64,000 nt of DNA from Phoronis australis (taxonomy: Eukaryota; Animalia; Phoronida): the NCBI GenBank assembly GCA_002633005.1, contig NMRA01000866.1, positions 37,120 to 101,119 on the forward strand, given 5' to 3'. Positions within the stretch are counted from its first letter, which is position 1; each line of letters opens with the position of its first letter. Positions 1-11,800 of this stretch are shown piece after piece. The translations under genes and the position numbers were made by a program. The notes beneath the pieces were generated by a model. The model saw only the letters and a list, made by a program, of their open reading frames with translations. It searched no databases and was not told where the DNA came from.

Positions 1-3
1 ACT

Positions 4-1575
4 AACAAGAGCAACGCGGAGCGTTGAAATGCGCCCATGAACGCAAATGGTGTGCCTTTGGGGTTATTCAATTGTATCATAAAAATGGCCACTAGATGGC
101 GCAAAAACATACACTCCATCCAAAAACGGGAACATGCCATATTTCATAAAAATCTGTCAAGGACCTTCAGAGAAACAAAGGAAAACAGAAGAAAATGAAA
201 TTGCCACTTGTGGGCACAGTGTCCATTCCATCCGCCTGAAAGTCGTCGTCAGTTATCTTCATTTAAATTCACTCACTGAATTTAATAAAGATCCTGCAGT
301 GCCGGGGTTTTGGAGAAACAGCTGTGGGAGCAAAACAAAACAAAACTACCAATAGGAGGCGCCACAGTAGTCAGTCGCCATCATCAAACGTCCTCGTCAC
401 GCCTGAATTTTCAAAACCATCCCTAGAATGATTTGGTTGATCGAGAGGTGGACGCTACTAAAAAAACAAGATTTGAAAACAGCAAAAAATGGCCACCAGG
501 TGGCACAAAATACCTTGATTCCATCCCAAAACAGGATGACAGCGTCATCTCACCAATAGATGCCTATAGTCAAAATTTTATGAAAATCTGTTGAGGACCT
601 TTGAAGATACAGACTGGTAAAGGTAAAAAACTAAAGTTGCCACTAGGGGCCACACCACTTGTCAGATCCGTCTGAAAGTCGTCGTCATCCATTGTCAAGA
701 CTTGCTAAATCAAGTAAAGATCCTGCACACGGTTTAATAGATACAGCCATGAGCACCAAAAAAACAAAACTGCCACTAGGAGGCGCCACAGTAGTCGAAC
801 TAGTCGGAAAATCGTCGTCAGCCGTTCACTTCATAGAAAAAATATACATGTAAATTTTCACAATTATCCTGAAAGCGGTTTGGTTGATAGACAAGTGGAC
901 GCCAAAAAACAGACTCGAAAGCAGTAAAAAATGGCCACTAGGTGGCGCAAACTAGGTTGAATCCATCTGAAAATGGAGAGATAGCGTCATCTCATTTACT
1001 GATGCCTGTATGCCATATTTTATGAAAATACCTTGGGGACCTTTGAACATACAGAAGTAAACATAAAAAATAAAATTGCCACTAGGTGGCACACCAGTAG
1101 TCAATCCGTCTGAAAGTCGTCGTCCCCCGTATAAATATACTTACTAAATTTAGTAAAGATCCTACGAACGGTTTAGGGGATACAGCCATAGGCACAAAAA
1201 GAAACAAAACTGCCACTAGGAGGCGCCACAGTAGTCGAAGTCGTCGCAAAAGCATTGCCAGCCGTCCACTTCATAGTAAGAACATACATGCCAATTTTTA
1301 CAATCACCCTTTGAGCGGTTTGGTTGATAGAGAGGTGGAGGCAAAAACAGACTCTAAAACAGTAAAAATGGCACTAGGTGGCGCAAACTACGTCAAATCC
1401 ACCCGAAAACGGGAGGATAGCGTCATCTCACTAATAGGTGCCTACATGCAAATTTCATGAAAATCCGTTAAAGATCGACTTTTGAAGATACAGAGGTAAA
1501 CGTAAAAAAAATTAAATTGCCACTAGAGGGCACACCGGTAGTCAGATCCTTCCGAAAGTCATTGTCGTCCGACAC
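4..1575 (+). mobile_element. Helentron/HINE-like non-autonomous element with an internal ~145-bp tandem array (three-unit ~440-bp higher-order repeat); 3' truncated
   Basis: The 5' end AACAAGAGCAA...GAAATGCGCCC is shared with the copy at 6777. It has 11 units carrying CCACTAGRDGGCRC-type motifs at 89, 204, 349, 493, 640, 773, 935, 1079, 1213, 1371 and 1520. Confidence 0.75.
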
Positions 1576-1859
1576 AGCAACTGGCATTTCTTTCACCACG
1601 TCTTCGCCAGACTTGTTCTCTGCCATCGTTCTTGTGCAAACAGAAACAAAATTCATCTGTAAAGAGCACAGAGTTTTACTACTGTCTGGTCGAACACTGA
1701 CGCTGAGTGTACCATCCGAGTCTGTGTCACTTAATTTGTGTTCACTCAAGAAACTGGTGTCACCTTTCTGAAAATCTTCGAGCTCCTTCGACATAGAGTT
1801 GTGACTGGATCGCCTTAGACGTAACAAATCATCCTCTGGCTGCAATTATAGGAATTCAA

Positions 1860-2030
1860 CACTTTTGGTCAACCTGCTCTCACACAGTCCTTTACATCAC
1901 CCCTCTCTTGTAATTCTGCTGATGCTACTTCGGTTCACTCCTAGTCTGCAATCTCATACTGCGTTTTTCCAGCTTCTAACTAGAACTTTTCCATGTTGGA
2001 TAAAAGTCAGTGAGCGAATAATGTTGATGG
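1860..2030 (-). mobile_element. Degenerate Tc1-like transposase N-terminal (paired/HTH) fragment
   Basis: Frameshifted translation gives RSLTFIQHGKVL / LEAGKTQYEIA / LGVNRSSISRI / GDVKDCVRAG*PKVL, which matches the Tc1 N-terminal HTH and GRPR motif pattern. Confidence 0.55.
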
Positions 2031-2890
2031 TCAATACAAATTACACTAAACTGTTTTCAAAACTGCAAACATTAACACTTGATGGTATTTTAATACACAG
2101 CATATGCATCCGCCATGATACATGCTGTGAACTGTGAATAGATAAGATTTCATACAAACAATTCACACGAATAGGCATTTCTTTTACTCAGGAGCTATAC
2201 CGAGGTTCCAAATTTTATTTGAGTAACCTCGATTACCAAAATTACAATGTTTGGTGTTTTAACTAACCACTTTGGATTGGTCACAATTTACACAATTTTC
2301 AAGTTAAGGGTCCAAATGTCCATCATTCAATCAGTAAAAGATTGCTCTTCATTGTGCCACTCAATTGAACAGAATTTTTCTTGGATTATGGAAAATATGT
2401 GGATAATTAAATGGATATGTAATACTAATTTGAGTGGTAGAGAAACACTTTGCAGTTAAATTACAGTCCTGCATGTATTTGCGTTTTCATTGTAAGTTTA
2501 TAATAGAGTGGTCTGCCAAAACGTGGGAAATTACTACACAGAAAATGTGATAAAAATGAAATGAAAAATCTTGAATAAAAATGAACAAAGGATGCAATAA
2601 CTAAGTGAACGCCGCCCATTCTTAGGCCGGGACAGTTTCAAGAGAATCAATGAATTTTAATGCAACCAATAAAAGACTGAGACTAATAACTTTTTATCTA
2701 CCACCATCAGGATTGCAGGTCTAGTGGACAATGTGGTCGACTAGTAGATAACTGTAGTCGATTTCAATCGATGGCAATTCCACATATCTCGCCGGTTCAA
2801 AACACAACATACGAACGCTTGGCAAGTGTCTCTCTGCATTGTCCTTGCCTCCATGTCATCATAAGCAAGAGATACGTGGCACGGTGTTAT

Positions 2891-5800
2891 TTATGAAGTA
2901 ACAGGAATATTGTTTTGGCTGTTACATTTACTGCTTTGTTCCAAATGTTTTTTTAGAAAAGTTAAAACTCGCTGCCAACAGTCGACTTGGGCTTTGTTGT
3001 GCAAATGCGCTACACCTCCGTACAACAAGAGAGCATCTGAAAGATAAAATTGCTTTAGTTCAGTTTTGACCACATTAGAAGTAAAAAGTGGAAAACAAAA
3101 AAAAAAAAACGTCGCAAGACTGCAGCACAGAAGCGATGCTTCAACTATCAGTCAAATATCATCTTTAAGTACAATAGTCAGGCAGAACAAAATATCGTAA
3201 CAGAAAGCTCACTTCACGGTGCATGGCACAGGATCTGTCAACAACAAACTAGAAACTCTACTACAACTGGCACAAGATACGTTTGAGTGGTTTTCAAAAA
3301 AAAAACACATGGGATTCTGTCTTTCGAAAAACAATACTACACACGTGTATCTAAGATTGGAAATGCAATGATTTAATAAATATCAAGGTTAAACTGCAAG
3401 CTCGGCTCTGGACCAAATTCATGAATCAGCAGCTACGATCATCAGACGTTCGTGGTCTCTATCTGCATGTAATACCTATCTTTTAAATTCTTCTCGAATG
3501 ACTGAAACTGTAAATTTGTAATGGGATGAGAACAGAAAACATTTTCTATTTGAGTCAAAACTGATAACCACATCTTCTCCGTTATCCGTTAAGAACTCAG
3601 ACAGGTACAGTACTTTTCAAGGACAGAGTTGACAAAACTCATTAGGCTTTCTAGCGTTTTGTGTTTAGGTGCTGAGCACATGGCACATCCCAAGGTAAAG
3701 TTGCTGAACCAGACAGTTCATAACACTTGTGTCGTCATGATGAGAAAGGCTATCCCAAGAACACAAATTACAACAAAATAGACTTAAGCTTCAACATGTA
3801 TAATTTACACTGATTACTGCAAAGAAAATACCCATACCTAAAGCTGCATGAAAAACACTGGAATTGAGAGGCGCATAGGGCGGTTCCAATAGATGGCCAG
3901 CTCCAGGGTAAATAAAGGCCTCGTAGTTAGGAGGGTCTCTGTACTTTTTTAACCTCTCCACCAGCTGGAAATGATTGACTGTGTCTACTAATCTGTCATC
4001 ACCACTCGCTATGAGCAAGAATGGTGACGTGGACTCTTCGATCTGAAGTGGAAGACATGAACACTTCATGTTTTCACCGAATCTACGAGCGGGTTTTGAC
4101 TGGACATTAGGCCAGCACTCCAAGGGTACTAAAAGACTTCATTCGGTCAGAAAACAAAATTCTAATTTGCAAGAGACAGCAAACTAGTTGAGACCAGTTT
4201 TGTAATCGTTAATAAATTGATAGCACCATTGAAGGAAACTTATTTTTGTTTTTACTTTTTTTGATTATTTAAACGGGGTATCAAGGTTTGAAATAGTAAC
4301 ATATTGACTAAATGAATAGGCCTACCATATTTTAGAAAGCTAAATAATACAATTCAAACACGAACTTGACGTCACATTAATTCATTACATGGCTGCCTAC
4401 AATGACGTCCACACAGTAATAGGTTTTTTTGTGTAGTAGGTATTTTCTGGGGACCTTTGGATTATTTTGCTGTGGTTATATACATATACAATATACATAT
4501 GCATAACCATTCCATAAGGAGTTTAAGACACTCTCAGGTATAAAAGCAAACACTGGGCTGCACTAGTAACACGGGAGTTGCCATGAAATCCTTTTACGTG
4601 ACAATTTTTCTCACGCTCTTTTCCATGTAGCATTGCACAGTGTTTAGTCTGAGACTCGCGACAACACGGATCCATGAAAAGGGCTTTCATTGCACACGTC
4701 CAACATATTGCCTTCCTGGCAACAACAATAAAGAATGCCCCAAGGCTCTGTCACATCTATACCTAATATGGAAATGTGGCCCTGTTAAGTGATGGTGGAC
4801 ACACGGCATTCCGTTTCAGCATCCAGCGGACAGTCAGTCTCGTTCAGGTAGATAATATACTTAAATGCCCGACTGTATCAACTTTCTTATTTGGAGTCAT
4901 ATGAGTTGACTTAGCCTGATAGGTGCACTTTGTTGGTCGGTATTTACTCCAAACGAACACCAGCGCATGGACAAAGATTTAATAGTCAGAAAAGATTATT
5001 GTGACGAGTTGGCGGCAATGGGAGGGCCAGCATTCGTTGTTAAGTTACTGAAAGTCATTTCTATGACCAATCATGTGACAGAACAGAAAGGAGCAGGGCT
5101 TGTTTCTTTTAGGAATTCCATGTGTAGGCATCAGCCGGTGCCCATGTCTTGATTTGGATGTTTGTCTTATAAGTAATATGGCGAGGAAATGAGTCCCAAA
5201 TGCATAGAGAATCGTTTTTTTTTTTCCTTTTTAATTTGTTTGACACTGTGTTATCTAGGGTGTGCCAAAAGCACGAACTTGCAATAGTCTATTGTTGCCG
5301 TTGCTGCAACCGCAAGCTGGGCATATACTAATGCGTTTTATGAATATCAACTAATGAGAATGTTTGAATGTTATTTTTTTTGACCAATTGCAATATCCGA
5401 ATGTTACTTCGTTCTGTTAACCAAAGGGAGCTCATGTTACAAAATCAATCGCACTGGAAACGGTGTGTATTACAAAGGGCAAAGAATACTATGTGATGTA
5501 AATTTCTGGTCAAGGAAATGCTCAAATATGAGTATTTTTAAGTAATTGCTCTTTTGGTACTCAGGCGCTTCAAAGCAAAGAAATATTGGAATTCCCCAAG
5601 TAAAAATTTAATACATTAATTAACAAAGCCTTATACCTGATAATTGCTCTGACAAAAGAGATACCTAACTGTAAATTCCCTTATTAAACAGCATTGAGAC
5701 AGTGGTGATGTCTAAATTTTGCGAAATTAAGAAGGCAGAATAAAAAGGCTGACAGGTCACTTAGGCCTTCTACAGGCCCACTGCAAAAGACACTGTGCTT

Positions 5801-8800
5801 AACTTCACTGCTCCTATACTCAGCCAGCCTTCCAGTTTGCTCGAGGAATTTTGCAAGTATTTTAATGTTTTTTGTGAGCTATGACAGTTTTCACTGAAAC
5901 TGCTTTACTTCCAAAACATTCTTTTCTTTGGTAAATGAAGCACCATCTGACATGATGTTATCTTCCATCAAGCATTTCTGGCAGCAGGTTGCAGGCGGTC
6001 TGGTACACCATGTACCAGACATGTGCAGCCGCTCAGATGGGCCTATTGCACCAATCACCTGAAACCATACTTTATTAATATATAGTTAAAACCCGAGTTG
6101 ACGAGCTTGAGAGCTGACTCAAGGGTCTAGCAGTGTGCCCCAGTGGGACTCGAACCTACGACCTTCAGTAAAGGAAGCGGACACTTCTCCCACTAGGTGG
6201 CACTGCCTCCTCAACAGGAATCTGCTGCTCAGTCTGTTATTTTCTAATGTTTCTGCAGGTTACAGTGACCTGTTATCACCTGTATTACCAACTGCAGTTG
6301 ACTGGTCAGGCTCAACAGCTTGGTAGTAAGACTAGGAGTTATCCATCTCACTCCTACTACCACTTCTGTTGTACTTTAAATTCAATTTCTGAACTAAGTG
6401 TGGCTAATGGATCAGATGCCTGATTACCCTAGGCATGGTATCCAGGTAACTAAGATACAGTTACATTCACCTAATGTCCTTTACGGCGTTAATAGCTGCC
6501 TGGCCATCTGACAAGATAGCTACGCAGGGCCAATTAGGTTAAAAGTTCAAATAACTCAGTTAGGTCTGACGAATCTTCATGTGAAGCAATTTATGAGCCT
6601 CATCCAATCCATTCTTTAATGGGGAGTAATTAAGAATGCTAACTCACAGTATTAATAACCAAAATGGTTTCACTTAAAACACGAACCAAAATAATGGTTT
6701 TCAAAGATGGCATTGCACCATTAGTTAGTAATTCACTGTTGAAATCAGTAATGCAGTAATGCTCACAATACACAGAAACAAGAGCAATGCTGAGCATTGA
6801 AATGCGCCCACGAATGCATCGCAAATGGTGTGCTTTTAGGGTTATTTAAATGTATCATAAAAATGGCCACTAGATGGCGTAAAAACATACAATCCATCCA
6901 AAAACAGGAACATGCCATATTTCATAAAAATCTGTCAAGGAACTTCAGCGAAACAAAGGAAAACAGAATAAAACGAAATTGCCACTAGTGGGCACAGTGT
7001 CCGCTGGATCCGCCTGAAAGTCGTCGTCGTCTGTTATCTTCATATAAATACACTTACTAACTTTAGTAAAGATCCTGCAGTGGTTTTAAGAGATACAACT
7101 ATGGGCACAAAACAAAACTACCACTAGGAGGCGCCACAGTAGTCAGTTACCATCATCAAAGGTCGTCTTCACACTGATAACATATATGCCAATTTTCAAA
7201 TGATTTGGTTGATACAGGGGTGGACACCAAAAACAAGATTTGAAAACAGCAAAAAATGGCCACTGGGTGGTGAAAAATACCTCGATTCCATCCAAAAACA
7301 GGAAGATAGCGTCACCACACCAATAGTTGCCTATATCTAAAATTTTATGAAAATCTGTTGAAGATACTGAGTTAAGTGTAAAAAAATAAAATTGCCACTA
7401 GGGGGCACACCGGTAGTCGGATGTGTCCAAATTTTGTCGTCGTTTGTTGAGAACATTATATAAATATGTTTACTAAATTTCATAAAGATCCTGCGAACGG
7501 TTTAGGAGATACAGTCATAGGCGCAAAAAAAAACTGCCACTAGGAGGTGCCACAGTAGTCGAAATCGTCGGAAAATCATCGTCAACCGTCCTATTTATAA
7601 TAAGCACATACATGCCAATTTTCACAATCATCCTTTGAGCGGTTTGGTTGATAGAGGGGTGGACGCAAAAAACAGACTCGAAAACAGTAAGTGGTGCAAA
7701 CTACGTCGAATCCATCCGAAAACGAGAGGATAGCATCATCTCACTAATAGGTGCCTACATACCAAATTTCATGAAAATCCGCTCAGGACTTTTGAAGATA
7801 CAAAGGTAAGCTTTAAAAACTAAAATTGCCACTAGGGGCACACCCGTAGTTGGATCCGTCTGAAAGTTCACTCATGCCGTCCCATTCTTGAATAGAACAT
7901 ATGTCCCAAATTTCATGAACGTATGCCAAAGGGTTTTGGAGACAGAGCAGCGGACGCCGGACACCGGACGGACGCCGCCCGGACGGATGGACGAACGGAC
8001 GGAGATGACGGCATAATGCCTCCACATAATAAAATATGTGGACGCATGAAAATCCAACAATTCATTTTACCCTGAATAGTTCGTCTTCTGGTGCATCTAG
8101 GTATTCCATTCGATTTTCGAACCCAAAGCGTGTGTAATGGAAATCCACAAATGATTCTTGCCTAAATGTAAATAGATAAGAAACTATCAACCACGATTAT
8201 CCATTAGAAATTCTGCCGTTACACAGCACCCTGCAATTTAGCAACAGATGTGTACAATTCTCAGTTTCATCAAGAGGCATGTCCTTCATTGGATCTGACC
8301 TAAGGGCCTATTGTGTTGAGTAGAGAAATTAATGCATTAGCGATGGTTTCACTGCAATAGAACACAGGCTAAAATAAACTGATGTATTGTGGACAACTTA
8401 TATAGAGCTCTCTGGAATCTGATTGAGTTTCTCGTAAAAAGTTATCATAGGATATTTTTACCCAAAGAAATGCAATACAAATTAGCCAAAAGATAAGCAT
8501 TAGGTTTCAGTTCTCTGGTGCCCATTGATGAATGGTTTTAGTGTTATTGACTCTTTGAACCGTGCTCTAGAGATAATTGACCTGTTTGTTGTGATGTCAT
8601 ACCGAAGAGCACAGCAACGATTAACAATGGACTAAAAATAAATGTGATATCTGGATTGGCCTCGATTTGGAAACCAGTGCTGTCTAGAGTTGAACCAAAC
8701 AGGGTTTTGTTGGATACCAAAAACAAAACCTTCATAAAATACAACACAGCGCTAAAATAAATTGAAGGTCATGCTAAAATTATCAACTTCAAACTGGAAT

Positions 8801-11800
8801 AAGTCAAGTTAGCGGTAGTGAATCTTACCGCTGGAGTAATCAGTGTAATCCATTCGGCCCATGGTGTCATATTGAGTAATCAGTGTACTCCATTCGGCCC
8901 CTGGTGTCATAGTGAGTAATCAGTACTGCTAACATGCCATATTAAAGGACAAAAAGAATGGGTTCTGCCCAAAAATATGAACTAAACTATGGTTTTCAAA
9001 TGATGGCCATGCACCTAGTGTAGTGGCTTTAAGAGCAAATGGAAATAGAAACAGTTTTATGAATAATCTGCTTCCATGTTAGCAACCTCTCCATAGGTGT
9101 GACGCTTTACACATTGTACCCAATAAACTGGTCTAAACAGAATAATTTAAAAGGTCTGCGCTCTAGAATTCTTGCAAATCTTTTCTTGAAAAAATACAAA
9201 TAAATCACTCCCAAAACCATAAGTTTGTACCGCCAGCTAATGAAGTTCAACCGACTACTTTTATGAAGTATTGCTTATCTTGGGCCACGGAAGACCAGAC
9301 TTAAAGGTTTTAGTTGCCTCGGCCTTTTTCTGTCAATTTGGTTTATTTTCCCTACTCTTGAGGGGCGTTTTAAATTTTCACTAAATTTGTTATGTACAGC
9401 AAAATTATAATTTAAAAACAATATTTCTCCAAACCAGAAGTCAATGTTCATGTAGCACTTCACAAGTTGCAGAATGCAAACACTGTGTGTATAGTTGGAA
9501 GACTTCTGTAGCACCAATGTTCGAGGTAACTGGTAAGTAATTATGTAGCATTATGTACCAACTGTTGTCCAGCGCAAGGCGGCAGAATTCCGTTCCCTAT
9601 ATTTCCAAGATGTTGTTCATGAAGTGAAAAGCTGCTTACAGTTCGATGTACTCAGCCTCTGTATACGAATTATTCTCCAAAGACAATGTCATAGTGAATG
9701 GTAATCAATGTTGAGTACGTACCAAGTGTGACCATTGCAAACAGTACGGATCATTCCTAAAAAATTTTTCCACGGTATTAGGGTTCATCCGAAAAGTCAA
9801 CATGAGTGTTGAAGGCTCACCTTATGATGAACACAATAAAACAGTATAGTTTTCCGTGGTTTGGGATCTCTTAACTTAGTTCACTAGGGAGCACAGCAGC
9901 AGTTAGTTCCATGTAAAAGCAGTCATCACTGCCATAGTAACACAACTGTTTAATTCCATGAACATTCTGAAAGGGGTAGCAGCATATGTTGGGCGCCCAC
10001 ACAGGAACAACAGTCAGGTATTGTACCCAGCGGGCATATTCTCCATAGTTACCACCGAACAGAAAAGCGACAGAACACATTCGGATCAGCTGACATTTAA
10101 CAAGCATGTTCAATGTACCACCCTTCCAGTTTGGGTCCCAGTGAACTAACCGTGAGTAAAATAAAAAATATTGAAAACACAACAATTTTATAGTAAAAAA
10201 TTGAACTCACATGAACCTCGGAAATCTTTGATCTTTAATTGTGACAGGAAATCCTAAAAACCTGCAGTTGGGACTAATAAGAACAGCTGCCTTAACCTAC
10301 AATGAAAGACAACAGGCATGTCTCAGTTTCATTTCATAAGTAAGCCAAGACCAGCATACAGGATAAAATTATGTCTTTTGAAAAGAATAGAGCAAACAAA
10401 GTGAGTGGCGCATTTCGCCGACAGTTTTGTTTAAGTTGACAAATTAAAAACAGATGAAAGCGAGAAACTGACTATGCATGTCGTTAATTCATTTAAGGCT
10501 GTGAGCTATACATTTGGCCATGGCACAGCAACATGCACTGTCTGGTAGTTTGATAATCTTCAACAAACTACAGACTAACCTTTTCTTTGTAATGTACAGC
10601 CATATTGAGCGCCAGATCTGCTCCACCCGATACGCCCACAAGACCAACGCCGGTGTCCTTGCAGAAGTTCTGAGCAAGCATCCAGTCAATAGCCTCCTGA
10701 AACAAGATCATCGCAAAGCATTAATATGTGCCCACAATGCACATAAACGTTGTTTCTAGGGGTGCTTATCAGCTTCATCTAAATATACTAGGAGACAACC
10801 ATGTTATCTCAAGGGCTAGCAGGAAAAATCGAAAAGGACAAAATTTTGGCAGGCCACCTTAATTTTAAACTAAGTAACATGAAAAGAAATTGTTCAGCGA
10901 GAGTGGAGTATTGATATGTGCCCATCTGAAAAATTTCCTTGTGACCCTTCCAGCACTTTTTAATAGCAGATATAGAAGAGGACAATAAAAATAGACATAG
11001 AAATAAGGAAAAGACCACTAGGGGGCGCAGAATATGCTGAATCCATCTGAAAATGGCAACGTGTCGGTGTTCCTTTACTTGAGAAGCCTATTTGCCAATG
11101 ATCATGAAAATTCTTCTTTTTTGGACTTTGAATACATTAATTCCCAATAATTCAAAAAGTTGTACAATCTAAGTCATAATAAACACACACACACCATGCA
11201 CTTACTCAATGATCGCTTACTTTTCAATGACATAGGTGAAATTTAATCACCCGTCTAGATCTAGTGGGCTGCCCTTTCTCTCTGTTTTAAAATATTCTCA
11301 AATACCATAAATTGATGGTAAAGCGACCCACTCTTTGACTCAGGTTTAGTCATTTCCGTCAGGTGTCACGCTCATATCAATGTCATCGTCTATCATTTTA
11401 TGAAATGAGCCTCTGAGAGTGGATTCGAACTTGAAACGCCTGCGGTCGCAACTTTGACACTCAAGTATTTCAAGTGTATTTAACTTAAAAAGACAATAAC
11501 ATTGGTTTCACTGAATGTCTACCAAACATCACCGAGAATTGGCGATTTATGTTCTGTGCTGAAATCAGATTAAATTACACTTCCCGTGAATTAGTTCTGT
11601 GGAGCATACGTCTAAATGTGTTACTTGAATCTTTGCAAGTCACTTTCTATAAAACAGGCTCCAGAGTAAGCCGAAAAATTAACTTTTAATTTCACCTCAG
11701 GCATACACCTTTTAACCTACGAAAGTAAGCAACTGAACATTGAAGCTGTTTCCTGTCCTGTCACATTAATTCCACAAAATGATCTGTGCAAACAAATGGT

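Noticed and set aside
4-1575. Regularly spaced conserved motifs resembling a CRISPR array
   Set aside because: The intervening sequences are homologous to each other with a three-unit period rather than being unique spacers. There are no cas genes and the context is eukaryotic.
5890-6058. Minus-strand open segment with a good acceptor ([15 protein letters not shown]...) inside an ACOT intron
   Set aside because: It shows no ACOT similarity, and the gene model is complete and in frame without it.
6135-6209. Possible tRNA gene (also 56860-56930)
   Set aside because: A and B boxes are present, but there is no consistent acceptor or anticodon stem, so these are treated as SINE heads.
9871-10185. 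104-aa ORF with ...[12 protein letters not shown], faintly transposase-like
   Set aside because: The resemblance is too weak and there are no supporting termini.
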